From contig CAZIZI010000001.1 of NCBI GenBank assembly GCA_964543765.1, forward strand, positions 170,475 through 234,474: a stretch of DNA of 64,000 nucleotides, given 5' to 3'. The first letter of the stretch is position 1. Each line of letters begins with the position of its first letter. The position numbers and the translations under genes are program-made. Positions 45,750 through 54,639 of the stretch are shown here, one piece after another. The DNA is from an uncultured Thermodesulfobacteriota bacterium (lineage in GTDB: Bacteria; Desulfobacterota; B13-G15). Under the pieces are notes generated by a model. The model was not told the DNA's origin, did no database searches, and saw nothing but the letters and a program-made list of their open reading frames with translations.

Positions 45750-46385
45750 AGTTTAAAAGGCTAAGTGAAAAGCTCATGGAACGGGGACCAGAGGCCCTCT
45801 CGGAGGCTGAGCTTTTGGTCATTTTCCTCCGCACAGGGGTGGAAGGAAAAGCGCCCTGGACTTGGCTCACTCCATTTTGGAGAAGGCCAGGCCTGAGCTT
45901 CCTCGCTGGTCCGTAAAGGAACTCGCCCAAATTCCCAGTGTAGGTGTGGCCAAAGCTTGCGAAATCGTGGCTGCCTTTGAGCTTGCCCGCTCTCTTATTC
46001 AAGGAAAACGCCCAGCCATTAACCAAAAGATGTTTTCCCTTTAGCGCAAGATCTTTTGGATAGGAAACAAGAGTATCTCTTCATCCTCTTTCTTATGGGT
46101 GCTAACGAAGTTATCGCAAAGAAGGTCATAAACTGTAGGCTTCCTGGATTCCGCACAAGTGCATCCACGGGAGATATTTGCTGAGGCTATTGCAGATCGG
46201 GCTGCGGCTATTATCCTTGTTCACAACCACCCATCAGGTAAACTTGAACCAAACCCCCAAGACCTTTTCGTTACTCGTCGTTTAGTTGAGGCCGAAAAGC
46301 TTTTTGGAATAGACGGTTTGGCCGTGTGATCGTCGCCAAAACCGGTTGGTTTTCCTTCGTTAAGGAAGAACTTCTCGGGTTAGGA
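45750..46385 (+). pseudogene. radC: RadC-like JAB-domain protein, frameshifted
   Basis: [18 protein letters not shown] / [13 protein letters not shown]...[29 protein letters not shown] and later VHPREIFAEAIADRAAAIILVHNHPSGKLEPNPQDLFVTRRL (JAMM motif HNHPSG) lie in three different frames. Confidence 0.65.
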
Positions 46386-46387
46386 GT

Positions 46388-47542
46388 TTATCCATCTTTT
46401 AGTGATTCCCAAATGACCTTCGTGATATAGGTGACCTTTTTGCCCATCTGGCCAATTTTATTCGTGTAGTTCAGGTTAAAAGTGCAGAAGGGACAAGGGC
46501 TTATTAACTCTTCGGTTTCCGTTTGCTTTAGTAAGGTACTAGCAATATCAAAAGAAAGGTTTTTGAAAGCTGATCTTATCCCTCCGCCCGATCCACAACA
46601 TAATGTTTCTTCCCGTGAACGGGAAAGTTCATAAACATCGATCCCACACAACTTTAACAGCTCTCACGGTTCCTTGGTGTATCTTTCGCCTCGGCCTAAA
46701 CGGCAACTGTCATGATAAGTGACTTTTCTTTCCACTTTTCTTAAAAGGGAAGGGTCCTTCTTTAATTCCTTGTAAATGACCTGAAGCACATGAAAGACTT
46801 CAAAATCGACTGACCCCAAAACTTCCCGATAAAAATACTTGAAACACTTCAACAACCGTTACAAGCCACAATAAGCCTTGTTATACCGAGTTTCTTAAAA
46901 CGATCTGCGTTTTCTCGGAAAAGCCTTTCAGCTATCTGGACTTCGCCGGCTTCATATATATAAGTGCCACAGCATCCTTCATCCTCAAGGATCATGAAAT
47001 CTATCCCCAGTTTTTTAAGCACAAGATAGGAATATACAGCCGCATCTTTAACCAGATAAGAGGGCAAGCACCCCACAAAAAACAAAGTCCGAGACCTTCG
47101 AGGCTCAAAGGGCTCAGGAACCCATCGCAGTCTTTCCGAGGGATCTCCGTTTACGCTGTTTCCCTTTTCTAATATGCCTTGAATAATCTTTTTATGAACG
47201 GGAAGAGGTCCTTTTCCATTTTTCACAATCTTGTTCCTAATGAGAGCAACGATTTTGCTTACTTCAATGTCCTGAGGACAAACCACTTTCACAAGCCGCA
47301 CATTTGGGACAGTTATAAAAAGTGGTGACCATTTCTTCCGTGATTTCACCGCTTTTCATGAGGTTTTTAACGCTTTTTAAACGCCCTTTGGGGGAGAAAA
47401 AGGGATTTTTTGTGGCTATGTAAGTTGGGCAGACCTCCAAACAAGCATCGCAATCATTACATCTTTCAATTCGACTTAGAATCCAATTGTCCTGCATTGT
47501 ATTGTTTAAAGTTATATAACCTAATTCTTTTAGAAGTTGCAA
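46388..47542 (-). pseudogene. HdrD/GlpC/LutA-like FeS oxidoreductase (2x[4Fe-4S] + two CCG domains), split into 4 ORFs
   Basis: Fragment 1: CNDCDACLEVCP + CPKCAAC; fragment 2: first CCG domain (GCCG...ACNGC); fragment 3: YHDSCRLGR; in-frame TGA; fragment 4: second CCG domain (CCGSGGG...CPFC). The TGA sits where homologues have PRELLK (Arg CGA to TGA). Confidence 0.65.
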
Positions 47543-47570
47543 ATTTTTTGTGCTTTCTGGATAATAAAAA

Positions 47571-49028
47571 ATGATGGGAGGAATAAAAGCGAAGTTTTGG
47601 GAAGGAGTTCTTGGAACAGGACTTTTGTTTTTGGATATCGCCCCTTTTCGAGGGTTTTTGCTCCGAAAAATAGAAGGTTACTTATGGCAGAGGATCGTCG
47701 AAGGGGAAAAGGATACTATAAGACCTGCTCAGGAGCTGAAGTTTTATTTTGTAAGGAACCTTTTACGGACAACCGATCACCATCTGAGAAAGGGTTGGCT
47801 TCATAAGGATATTTTCCACCGGATGGTGAAGGTCTTTGTCAGAGGTGTTCTCACCGAGGACATCGAGTATAGGGAGAGGAAAAAGCAAAAAGGAGAGGAT
47901 TATCCTACTCCTTCCTTTATCGTAATAAGCCCCACTCAGGCCTGTAACCTTCAATGTCCGGGTTGTTATGCCTTAAGCGGACCCTCCAGTAAAGTCTCTC
48001 TTCCTTGGAGCGTGGCAAGTAGGATCATCGATGAGAAAGCTAGGCTCTGGCATTCCCATTTTACGGTGGTTTCAGGTGGAGAGCCCTTCATGTGGAAAAG
48101 TGAGGGGAAGGACTTGCTTGATCTTGCCGAAAGGCACAATGACAACTTCTTCATGGTATACACCAATGGGACTCTGATAGACGAAAGGGTTGCCGAAAGG
48201 CTTAGGAAACTCGGGAATTTCACTCCCGTCATCTCCGTTGAGGGGTTTGAAGAAAATACCGATCGCCGCCGAGGCAAGGGCACTTTTAAGAAGATCCTTC
48301 GAACCTTTAAAATCCTTCGCGAATACGGGGTTCCCTTTGGTATTTCGGTTGTGGCGGAAAAGCACAATTGGGACGAGGTCACAAGTTGGGATTTTCTGCG
48401 ATTCTTCTTCGATGAGCAGGGTGCATTTTATGGTTGGCTTTTCCAATACATGCCCATTGGACGGGGTTACACGCTTGAAAACATGGTTGGTCCTGAGGAA
48501 AGGCTTGAGATGTTCCGAAGGAACGTGGAGGCTATTAAGGCCGGATATAACTATATCGATTTTTGGAATGAGGGTCCGATGACCGACGGTTGCTTGGCAG
48601 CGGGTAGGTCAGGGGGTTATCTCTATATAGATTGGAAGGGCGATGTTATGCCCTGTGTGTTTGTACCTTATAAGGTTGACAATATCCTTGAGATTTACGA
48701 AAGGGGTGGAACCATCGATGAAGTGCTGAGTTCGGATTTCTTCAGAAGGATAAGGAATTGGCAAGATCAATATGCCTTAAAGAGACCCCCCAAGGAAAAG
48801 GGCAACCTCATTATGCCTTGCCCGATAAGGGATCATCATGAGTTCATGTGGAGTATTTTGAAGGAGACAGGGGCAAAACCCACGGATGATGCAGCCGAGG
48901 AGGCTCTTTTCGATGAGGCTTACCATCAAGGTTTAATAAAATATGACCAAGCCCTGTCCCTTCTTTTGGACCCAATTTGGGAAGAGGAGTTTTTGAAGGA
49001 CCGTTTTCCCTTAAGAAAACTCCCGTGA
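47571..49028 (+). CDS. radical SAM enzyme with ~120-aa N-terminal extension (family unresolved)
   Basis: CNLQCPGCYA (Cx3Cx2C) at aa ~125-134 with glycine-rich SAM motif region VVSGGEPF; 485 aa; C-terminal region lacks a full 7-Cys SPASM motif. Confidence 0.7.
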   Translation: MMGGIKAKFWEGVLGTGLLFLDIAPFRGFLLRKIEGYLWQRIVEGEKDTIRPAQELKFYFVRNLLRTTDHHLRKGWLHKDIFHRMVKVFVRGVLTEDIEYRERKKQKGEDYPTPSFIVISPTQACNLQCPGCYALSGPSSKVSLPWSVASRIIDEKARLWHSHFTVVSGGEPFMWKSEGKDLLDLAERHNDNFFMVYTNGTLIDERVAERLRKLGNFTPVISVEGFEENTDRRRGKGTFKKILRTFKILREYGVPFGISVVAEKHNWDEVTSWDFLRFFFDEQGAFYGWLFQYMPIGRGYTLENMVGPEERLEMFRRNVEAIKAGYNYIDFWNEGPMTDGCLAAGRSGGYLYIDWKGDVMPCVFVPYKVDNILEIYERGGTIDEVLSSDFFRRIRNWQDQYALKRPPKEKGNLIMPCPIRDHHEFMWSILKETGAKPTDDAAEEALFDEAYHQGLIKYDQALSLLLDPIWEEEFLKDRFPLRKLP

Positions 49029-49591
49029 AAAAAGCCCTAATCCTTCTGTTGATCTTATTGATGGCTTGCTTCCCCAAAAGACCTACGCCTCTTTTTGAGG
49101 CGTGTTTTTCTTTTGAAGAATTACCCAAAATTATGAGAGAAATCTTAGAAAATCCAAAAAGCCTTAAGGGGAATTTTTCCCTTAGAATCTCGGCCAAAGA
49201 AGGGGGTTTTGTGATCCGAGGAAAGTTCGTGTACCGAGAAAAAGAAGGGCTTTGGGCTTTGGGCCTTGATCCTTGGGGAAGTGAACTCTTCAGACTGTGG
49301 ATAAAGGATGATGATCTTTCCCTTTTTTATTCCAAGAGAAACGTGCTTTTTATCAGTAAGTTTAAAGGAGGCAAAATTTGCCTCTCCTTTGAGGAGGGTG
49401 TTGGGGGGCCTTCTAAAATTTTGTCTGGCAAAGTGAGGGGGCTTGATTTCCGTCTCATTTTGACTGAACTCGAAGAGAGTCAAGAGATCCCTCCGCAGAT
49501 GGACGTTTATTCTTATCCTTCTTTTTTCATAAGTGACCTATGGAGTTTATTTTTTGGGCCTTCAGTTGAAGGGAAAGAGGAAGTAGAATAA
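49025..49591 (+). CDS. lipoprotein (LolB/LppX-like fold possible), hypothetical
   Basis: GTG start overlapping upstream stop; signal peptide KKALILLLILLMAC with lipobox LMAC; no catalytic motif. Confidence 0.45.
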   Translation: MKKALILLLILLMACFPKRPTPLFEACFSFEELPKIMREILENPKSLKGNFSLRISAKEGGFVIRGKFVYREKEGLWALGLDPWGSELFRLWIKDDDLSLFYSKRNVLFISKFKGGKICLSFEEGVGGPSKILSGKVRGLDFRLILTELEESQEIPPQMDVYSYPSFFISDLWSLFFGPSVEGKEEVE

Positions 49592-49627
49592 AGTATTAAG
49601 GATTTCCTTTTTCAACGGGAGGTAAGA

Positions 49628-51724
49628 ATGAAGCGGATCGAAAGGGATAAGGTAAGGGTAGTGGGCCTTTTTGGACATTCAAGCGAAGGAAAGACTTCCT
49701 TAGGTGAGGCCATACTTTTTAGAGCAGGGGTGACTCCGAAGTTAGGTAGTGTTGATGAGGGGTCTTCAGTGTTTGATTTCGAGCCCGAGGAGATAAACCG
49801 AAAGATATCCATAAGTACAAGCGTAGCCAGTTATAGATGGGGGGATTGTTTGGTCACTCTGGTGGATACGCCGGGTGATGTCCATTTTGCCTTTGAGGCA
49901 AGAAGTGCCATGGCAGTTGTGGAAGGAGCTATTCTGGTGCTTGGGGCTAACTCGGGTGTTAAGGTTCAGACGGAGAACATGTGGCGGGAAGCTCAAGAAA
50001 GGGGAGTGGTAAGGGTCCTTTTTATCACCAAGTTGGATGCGGAAAACACCCGCTTTTGGGAGGCATTAAAGGACGCGCAAGAGAACCTGGAGGGAAGTAA
50101 AATTCTTCCCCTTCAGTTGCCGATAGGGGAGGAGGTTTCGTTTAGAGGGGTTGTAGACTTATTGAAGAACGAGGCCTATTACTACGAGGATTCGAGCGGT
50201 AAAGCCAAAAAAGGACCCGTCCCCGAGGAGCTTCAAACGAAGGTTCAGGAAGAAAGGCTTAAGCTTATGGAATCCCTTATTGAGGTGAAAGAAGAGCTTA
50301 TGGAAAGGTACCTGGAAGGGGAGGAGATCTCTCAAGAGGAGCTTTATTCCTGTCTTAAGGAGGGTATGCGGAAGGGAGAAGTGGTTCCGGTTCTTTGTGG
50401 TTCGGCCTCTAAGCTCATAGGGATTGACCTTCTCATGGATTTCATAAACCTTTGTCTGCCTTCTCCTCTTGAGAGAAGACCCGCCAAAGGCCTGAACCTC
50501 CTTGGTCAAGAGGAGGAGAGGAAGCCTTCTTTAGAAGAGCCTTTTTCGGCCTATGTCTTTAAGACCCTTGTAGATCCCTTTGCAGGAAGGATCTCGTACG
50601 TGAAGGTACTTTCCGGAAGCATCGGACCCGATGTTACGGTTTTGAATTCCACTAAGAAGACCAAGGAAAAGGTGGGACAGATATTCGGTCTTCAAGGTAA
50701 AAAGCAGGAGGTTGCGGGGATCGCTGAGGTGGGCGACATTGTGGCCTTGATAAAGCTCAAAGATACCCAGACGGGTGATACCCTCTGTGACGAGAAGGCC
50801 CCTATTGTTTATCCACCTGTCATCCCCCCAACGCCCGTTTTATCCTATGCCATAAGGCCGAAAGCCAGAGGGGACGAGGAGAAGATTTCTTCGGCCTTGT
50901 CCAGGATAAAGGAAGAGGATCCGACGATCGTATTGAGTCGGGATGAGCAGACGAAGGAGCTCATAATTTCTTGTTTAGGGCAATTGCACCTTGACGTGAT
51001 AATCGAAAGGATGAAGAGGAAATTCGGGGTTGAGGTTGAGTTGAGTCCTCCCAAGATTCCTTACAAGGAGACCATAAGGAAGGTGGTAAAAGGGGTGATT
51101 TATCGGCATAAGAAACAAACCGGTGGAAGGGGACAATTCGCGGAGGTTCATTTCGACATCTATCCTCTGGAAAGAGGAAAGGGCTTTGAGTTTGAGGAGG
51201 CCCTAACGGGGATGAACGTTCCGAGAAACTTCGTCCCAGCTGTTGAAAAGGGGATAAGAGAAGGGATGGAATCAGGGGTTCTGGCGGGATTCCCGGTGGT
51301 TGACGTGAAGGTAAGGTTTTACGATGGAAAAAGCCATGAGGTTGACTCTTCGGATCTCGCTTTTAAGATCGCCTCTTTTATGTGCTTCAAAAAGGGGCTG
51401 CAACAGGCGGAACCGGTACTTCTTGAGCCCATAATGAAGCTTGAGGTGACGGTTCCTGAAGATGCCCTGGGTGATGTGATGGGAGATTTAAACGGTCGAA
51501 GGGGGAAGATACTGGGGATGGACCGAAGGGGCAAAAATCATGTCATAAGGGCCCTTGTTCCCATGGCAGAGGTATTGCAGTATGGGCCAATTTTGAACTC
51601 ATTGACCGGAGGCCGTGGGAGTTTCACCATGGAGTTTTCCCATTACGAAGAGGTGCCTCCTCATCTGGCCCAAAGGATAATAGAAGAGGCCCGAAAGGAA
51701 AGGGAGAAGGATAAAGAGGATTAA
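49628..51724 (+). CDS. elongation factor G-like GTPase (EF-G paralog, EF-G2 type)
   Basis: G1 GHSSEGKTS, G3 DTPGDVHF, G4 TKLD, and EF-G domains II-V (698 aa); G motifs diverge from canonical fusA (AHIDAGKTT). Confidence 0.8.
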   Translation: MKRIERDKVRVVGLFGHSSEGKTSLGEAILFRAGVTPKLGSVDEGSSVFDFEPEEINRKISISTSVASYRWGDCLVTLVDTPGDVHFAFEARSAMAVVEGAILVLGANSGVKVQTENMWREAQERGVVRVLFITKLDAENTRFWEALKDAQENLEGSKILPLQLPIGEEVSFRGVVDLLKNEAYYYEDSSGKAKKGPVPEELQTKVQEERLKLMESLIEVKEELMERYLEGEEISQEELYSCLKEGMRKGEVVPVLCGSASKLIGIDLLMDFINLCLPSPLERRPAKGLNLLGQEEERKPSLEEPFSAYVFKTLVDPFAGRISYVKVLSGSIGPDVTVLNSTKKTKEKVGQIFGLQGKKQEVAGIAEVGDIVALIKLKDTQTGDTLCDEKAPIVYPPVIPPTPVLSYAIRPKARGDEEKISSALSRIKEEDPTIVLSRDEQTKELIISCLGQLHLDVIIERMKRKFGVEVELSPPKIPYKETIRKVVKGVIYRHKKQTGGRGQFAEVHFDIYPLERGKGFEFEEALTGMNVPRNFVPAVEKGIREGMESGVLAGFPVVDVKVRFYDGKSHEVDSSDLAFKIASFMCFKKGLQQAEPVLLEPIMKLEVTVPEDALGDVMGDLNGRRGKILGMDRRGKNHVIRALVPMAEVLQYGPILNSLTGGRGSFTMEFSHYEEVPPHLAQRIIEEARKEREKDKED

Positions 51725-51725
51725 C

Positions 51726-52175
51726 TTGAGGGCTGTAGTAGAAAGGGTAAAAGAAGCGTGGGTAAAGGTTGAAGGGGAGGAAATAGCACGGATAGGCAAA
51801 GGGTTAATGGTGCTTTTGGGGATCGCCAAGGGGGATGACCATAGAGATTTGGCTTATATGGTCTCAAAGATCCCCAATTTGAGGATTTTTGAGGATGAAA
51901 ATGGTTACTTTAATTTATCCCTTAAAGATGTAGGAGGGGAACTACTTGTTGTTTCGGAATTTACCCTTCTTGGCGATGCCCGAAAAGGACGAAGGCCTTC
52001 CTTTAGCGAAGCGGCTCCCTCAGAAGAGGCCTTAAAGCTTTATCTTCAACTTGTGGAGGCCTTTAAAAAAGAAGGGCTCCAGGTCAAGACCGGAAAATTC
52101 CAAGCTAAGATGGAGGTGGGTCATATAAACGACGGTCCGGTTACGATTCTTCTCGATAGCCGTAGGGCCTTTTGA
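51726..52175 (+). CDS. dtd: D-aminoacyl-tRNA deacylase
   Basis: MRAVVERVKEAWVKV...GLMVLLGIAKGD and SEFTLLGD...NDGPVT motifs of Dtd; TTG start. Confidence 0.85.
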   Translation: MRAVVERVKEAWVKVEGEEIARIGKGLMVLLGIAKGDDHRDLAYMVSKIPNLRIFEDENGYFNLSLKDVGGELLVVSEFTLLGDARKGRRPSFSEAAPSEEALKLYLQLVEAFKKEGLQVKTGKFQAKMEVGHINDGPVTILLDSRRAF

Positions 52176-52201
52176 AGGGATAGCCAGAAGGGGGGTGCCA
52201 A

Positions 52202-53617
52202 ATGCCCAAGGAACCCATCAGGGAATCGGCCATAGCGGGCACCTGGTATCCTGGTGACCCGCGGGTTTTAAGGCAATGGGTTGAGGAATTTTTAAAAAAA
52301 GCCACCGTTCCCCCCTTAGAAGGAAGTATAATCGGGATCATCGCTCCCCATGCGGGTTATATGTACTCGGGACAAGTGGCGGGTTATGCCTATCGCGTCT
52401 TACAAGGAAGGAAGTTCTCCAGGGTGGTGGTAGTTGCCCCGAGTCATTACGCTTACTTTAACGGGGTTTCGATTTATCCGAAAGGCAGTTTCCGGACTCC
52501 CTTGGGGCTTGTTGAGGTGGATGAGGAGATGTGCGAAAGGTTCCTTAAGGCCTCTCCCATAATAAGGGATCTTCCCCAAGCCCATGTGAGGGAACATTCC
52601 CTTGAGATTCAGTTGCCCTTTCTGCAGGTGGTTTTGGGGGATTTCAAGCTCATACCCTTAGTTGTAGGCGAACAGGATGAACTCACCATAAAGGAACTTG
52701 CCCGTGTTCTTTCAGAAGTTATAAGGCTTCGAAGGGATGAGGTGCTTCTTGTGGGAAGTACGGATCTTTCCCACTTTTATCCCTATAATCGGGCTCGAGA
52801 ACTTGATGGGATCATCATAGATTACGTACGCAGTTTTGACCCTGAGGGGCTTTTAAGAGAACTTCGAAGCGGAAGATGTGAAGCCTGTGGTGGAGGGCCT
52901 ATGGTCTCGGTTATGATGGCCTCAAAGGAACTGGGGGCCAATAGGTCTTTGGTACTAAAGTACGCCAACTCGGGGGATGTGACCGGGGATAAAACGAGCG
53001 TTGTGGGTTACCTGGCGGCTGTTTTTTATGAGGAGGGAGGGGACCCTTTGGAAAAGGAGTACCTTAACCTAAATGAAGAAGAAAAACGGACACTCCGTGA
53101 GATAGCCAAGGAGACCATATGGAGAAGGGTTTTGGGTAAACCACTCCCCGCTTTTTCTATTAAATCCCCTAAGCTTCAAGTTCCTCGGGGGGTCTTTGTG
53201 ACGATAAAAAAACACGGTCAACTTCGGGGATGCATAGGCTATGTTCGTCCGGTAAAGCCCCTTTGGGAAGCGGTAATTGACATGGCTCAAGCCGCAGCCT
53301 TTGAGGATCCTCGGTTCCCACCTGTAAGAAAAGAAGAGCTTGAGGACCTTGAGATAGAGATTTCGGTTTTAACTCCCTTAAAGCAGATAAAGGGCAGCCC
53401 TGAGGAGATCCTTAAGAGCATAAAAATAGGAAGACATGGCATCATGATCGAAAAGCCCCTTTACTATTCGGGTTTGCTTTTGCCTCAAGTGGCTACCGAA
53501 TACGGTTGGGATGCCGAAACCTTCTTGGAGGAAACTTGTCTTAAAGCAGGCCTGCCTCCCCGGGCTTGGAGAGATCAAGATTTGAGGATCTATATCTTCG
53601 GGGCGGAGGTCTTTTAA
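52202..53617 (+). CDS. fusion of Memo-like (AmmeMemoRadiSam system protein B) and AMMECR1 (protein A) domains
   Basis: N-terminal AIAGTWYPGDP...IIAPHAGYMYSGQVAGYAY (Memo); C-terminal RGVFVTIKKHGQLRGCIGYVRPVKPLWEAVIDMAQAAAFEDPRFPPV (AMMECR1 signature). Confidence 0.8.
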   Translation: MPKEPIRESAIAGTWYPGDPRVLRQWVEEFLKKATVPPLEGSIIGIIAPHAGYMYSGQVAGYAYRVLQGRKFSRVVVVAPSHYAYFNGVSIYPKGSFRTPLGLVEVDEEMCERFLKASPIIRDLPQAHVREHSLEIQLPFLQVVLGDFKLIPLVVGEQDELTIKELARVLSEVIRLRRDEVLLVGSTDLSHFYPYNRARELDGIIIDYVRSFDPEGLLRELRSGRCEACGGGPMVSVMMASKELGANRSLVLKYANSGDVTGDKTSVVGYLAAVFYEEGGDPLEKEYLNLNEEEKRTLREIAKETIWRRVLGKPLPAFSIKSPKLQVPRGVFVTIKKHGQLRGCIGYVRPVKPLWEAVIDMAQAAAFEDPRFPPVRKEELEDLEIEISVLTPLKQIKGSPEEILKSIKIGRHGIMIEKPLYYSGLLLPQVATEYGWDAETFLEETCLKAGLPPRAWRDQDLRIYIFGAEVF

Positions 53618-54639
53618 TGCTCAAAAGGGTAAAGGCCGAAGAAGCCGTGGGGATGATCTTGGGGTACGATGTGACCCAAGTTATTCCCGGGCTAAAAAAA
53701 GGACCCGTTTTTAAGAAGGGGCATAGGATAAGGGAAGAAGATATAAAGGTCTTTTTGGACACCGGAAACGAGTATATTTGGGTTATAGACCTCAAGGAAG
53801 GAGAGCTTCATGAGGATGAGGCAGCCATGGAGTTGGCCAAATCCATAAGCGGGGAGAACTTAAGGTTTGAAAGCGGAGGAGAGGGAAGGGTTTTGATTAA
53901 GGCCGAACGAGATGGCCTTTTGAAGGTCGAAAGGGACCTTTTGGAAGAGCTGAACCTCAAAGGGGATTTTGTCCTTTCCACTTTGAAAAACAACACTCCC
54001 TGTAAAGAAGGGGATCTGATTGGAGTGGCCAAGGTAATTCCCCTTATAATCCAGGAAGAGGAGCTTAAATGGGTAAAGGAGCGGTTTTCAGAAAGGAGAG
54101 TGATATACCTTAAACCCTATAAGGAAAGAAAGGTAGGAGTTATTGTCACAGGGGATGAGGTTTATTTTGGAAGGATCAAGGACGGGTTTGATCAGCAGGT
54201 GTTACCGAAGCTCAAAGAATACGGCGTTACGGTCTTTAAAAAGCTCGTTTTACCGGATGACCCTCAGAAGATCGCTCAAGCTATAAGGGAACTCGTACAA
54301 GAAGGTTGTGATCTTTTGATCTTAACAGGTGGACTTTCTGTTGATCCGGGAGATGTTACTCGTGAAGGCGTTAAGTTAGCAGGTGCTTCTATTCTAAATT
54401 ATGGAGCTCCAGTTATTCCCGGGACCAATTTCTTATACGCCCTTCTGGATAAGGTGGATATCCTGGGACTTCCGGCTTGTGTTTATTACAATCGAAGGAC
54501 TGTTTTTGATGTAGTATTGCCTCGGATATTGGCTTCGGAAAGGCTTTCCCGGGAGGAGATAAGACGTCTTGGATATGGAGGACTTTGTTTAGGATGTGAA
54601 AGTTGTCATTTTCCCCGTTGTCACTTTGGGATGCCCTAA
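53617..54639 (+). CDS. MoeA/MogA-like molybdopterin-binding (MoCF_biosynth) domain protein with Cys-rich C-terminus
   Basis: N-terminal EAVGMILGYDVTQVIPG resembles MoeA N-domain; central GVIVTGDEV...CDLLILTGGLSVDPGDVTREG is the MogA/MoaB/MoeA cofactor-binding fold; tail CLGCESCHFPRCHF. Confidence 0.55.
   Translation: MLKRVKAEEAVGMILGYDVTQVIPGLKKGPVFKKGHRIREEDIKVFLDTGNEYIWVIDLKEGELHEDEAAMELAKSISGENLRFESGGEGRVLIKAERDGLLKVERDLLEELNLKGDFVLSTLKNNTPCKEGDLIGVAKVIPLIIQEEELKWVKERFSERRVIYLKPYKERKVGVIVTGDEVYFGRIKDGFDQQVLPKLKEYGVTVFKKLVLPDDPQKIAQAIRELVQEGCDLLILTGGLSVDPGDVTREGVKLAGASILNYGAPVIPGTNFLYALLDKVDILGLPACVYYNRRTVFDVVLPRILASERLSREEIRRLGYGGLCLGCESCHFPRCHFGMP

Noticed and set aside
40225-46385. Calling the hsd/HEPN-MNT/radC block a mobile element
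   Set aside because: No integrase, transposase, flanking direct repeats or adjacent tRNA target could be seen. It is annotated only as a decayed defense island.
46652-46666. In-frame TGA in the HdrD/GlpC-like gene as a selenocysteine codon
   Set aside because: The position aligns with a non-conserved Arg (PRELLK) rather than a redox Cys. The same gene also has two frameshifts, and a CGA to TGA transition is the simpler explanation.
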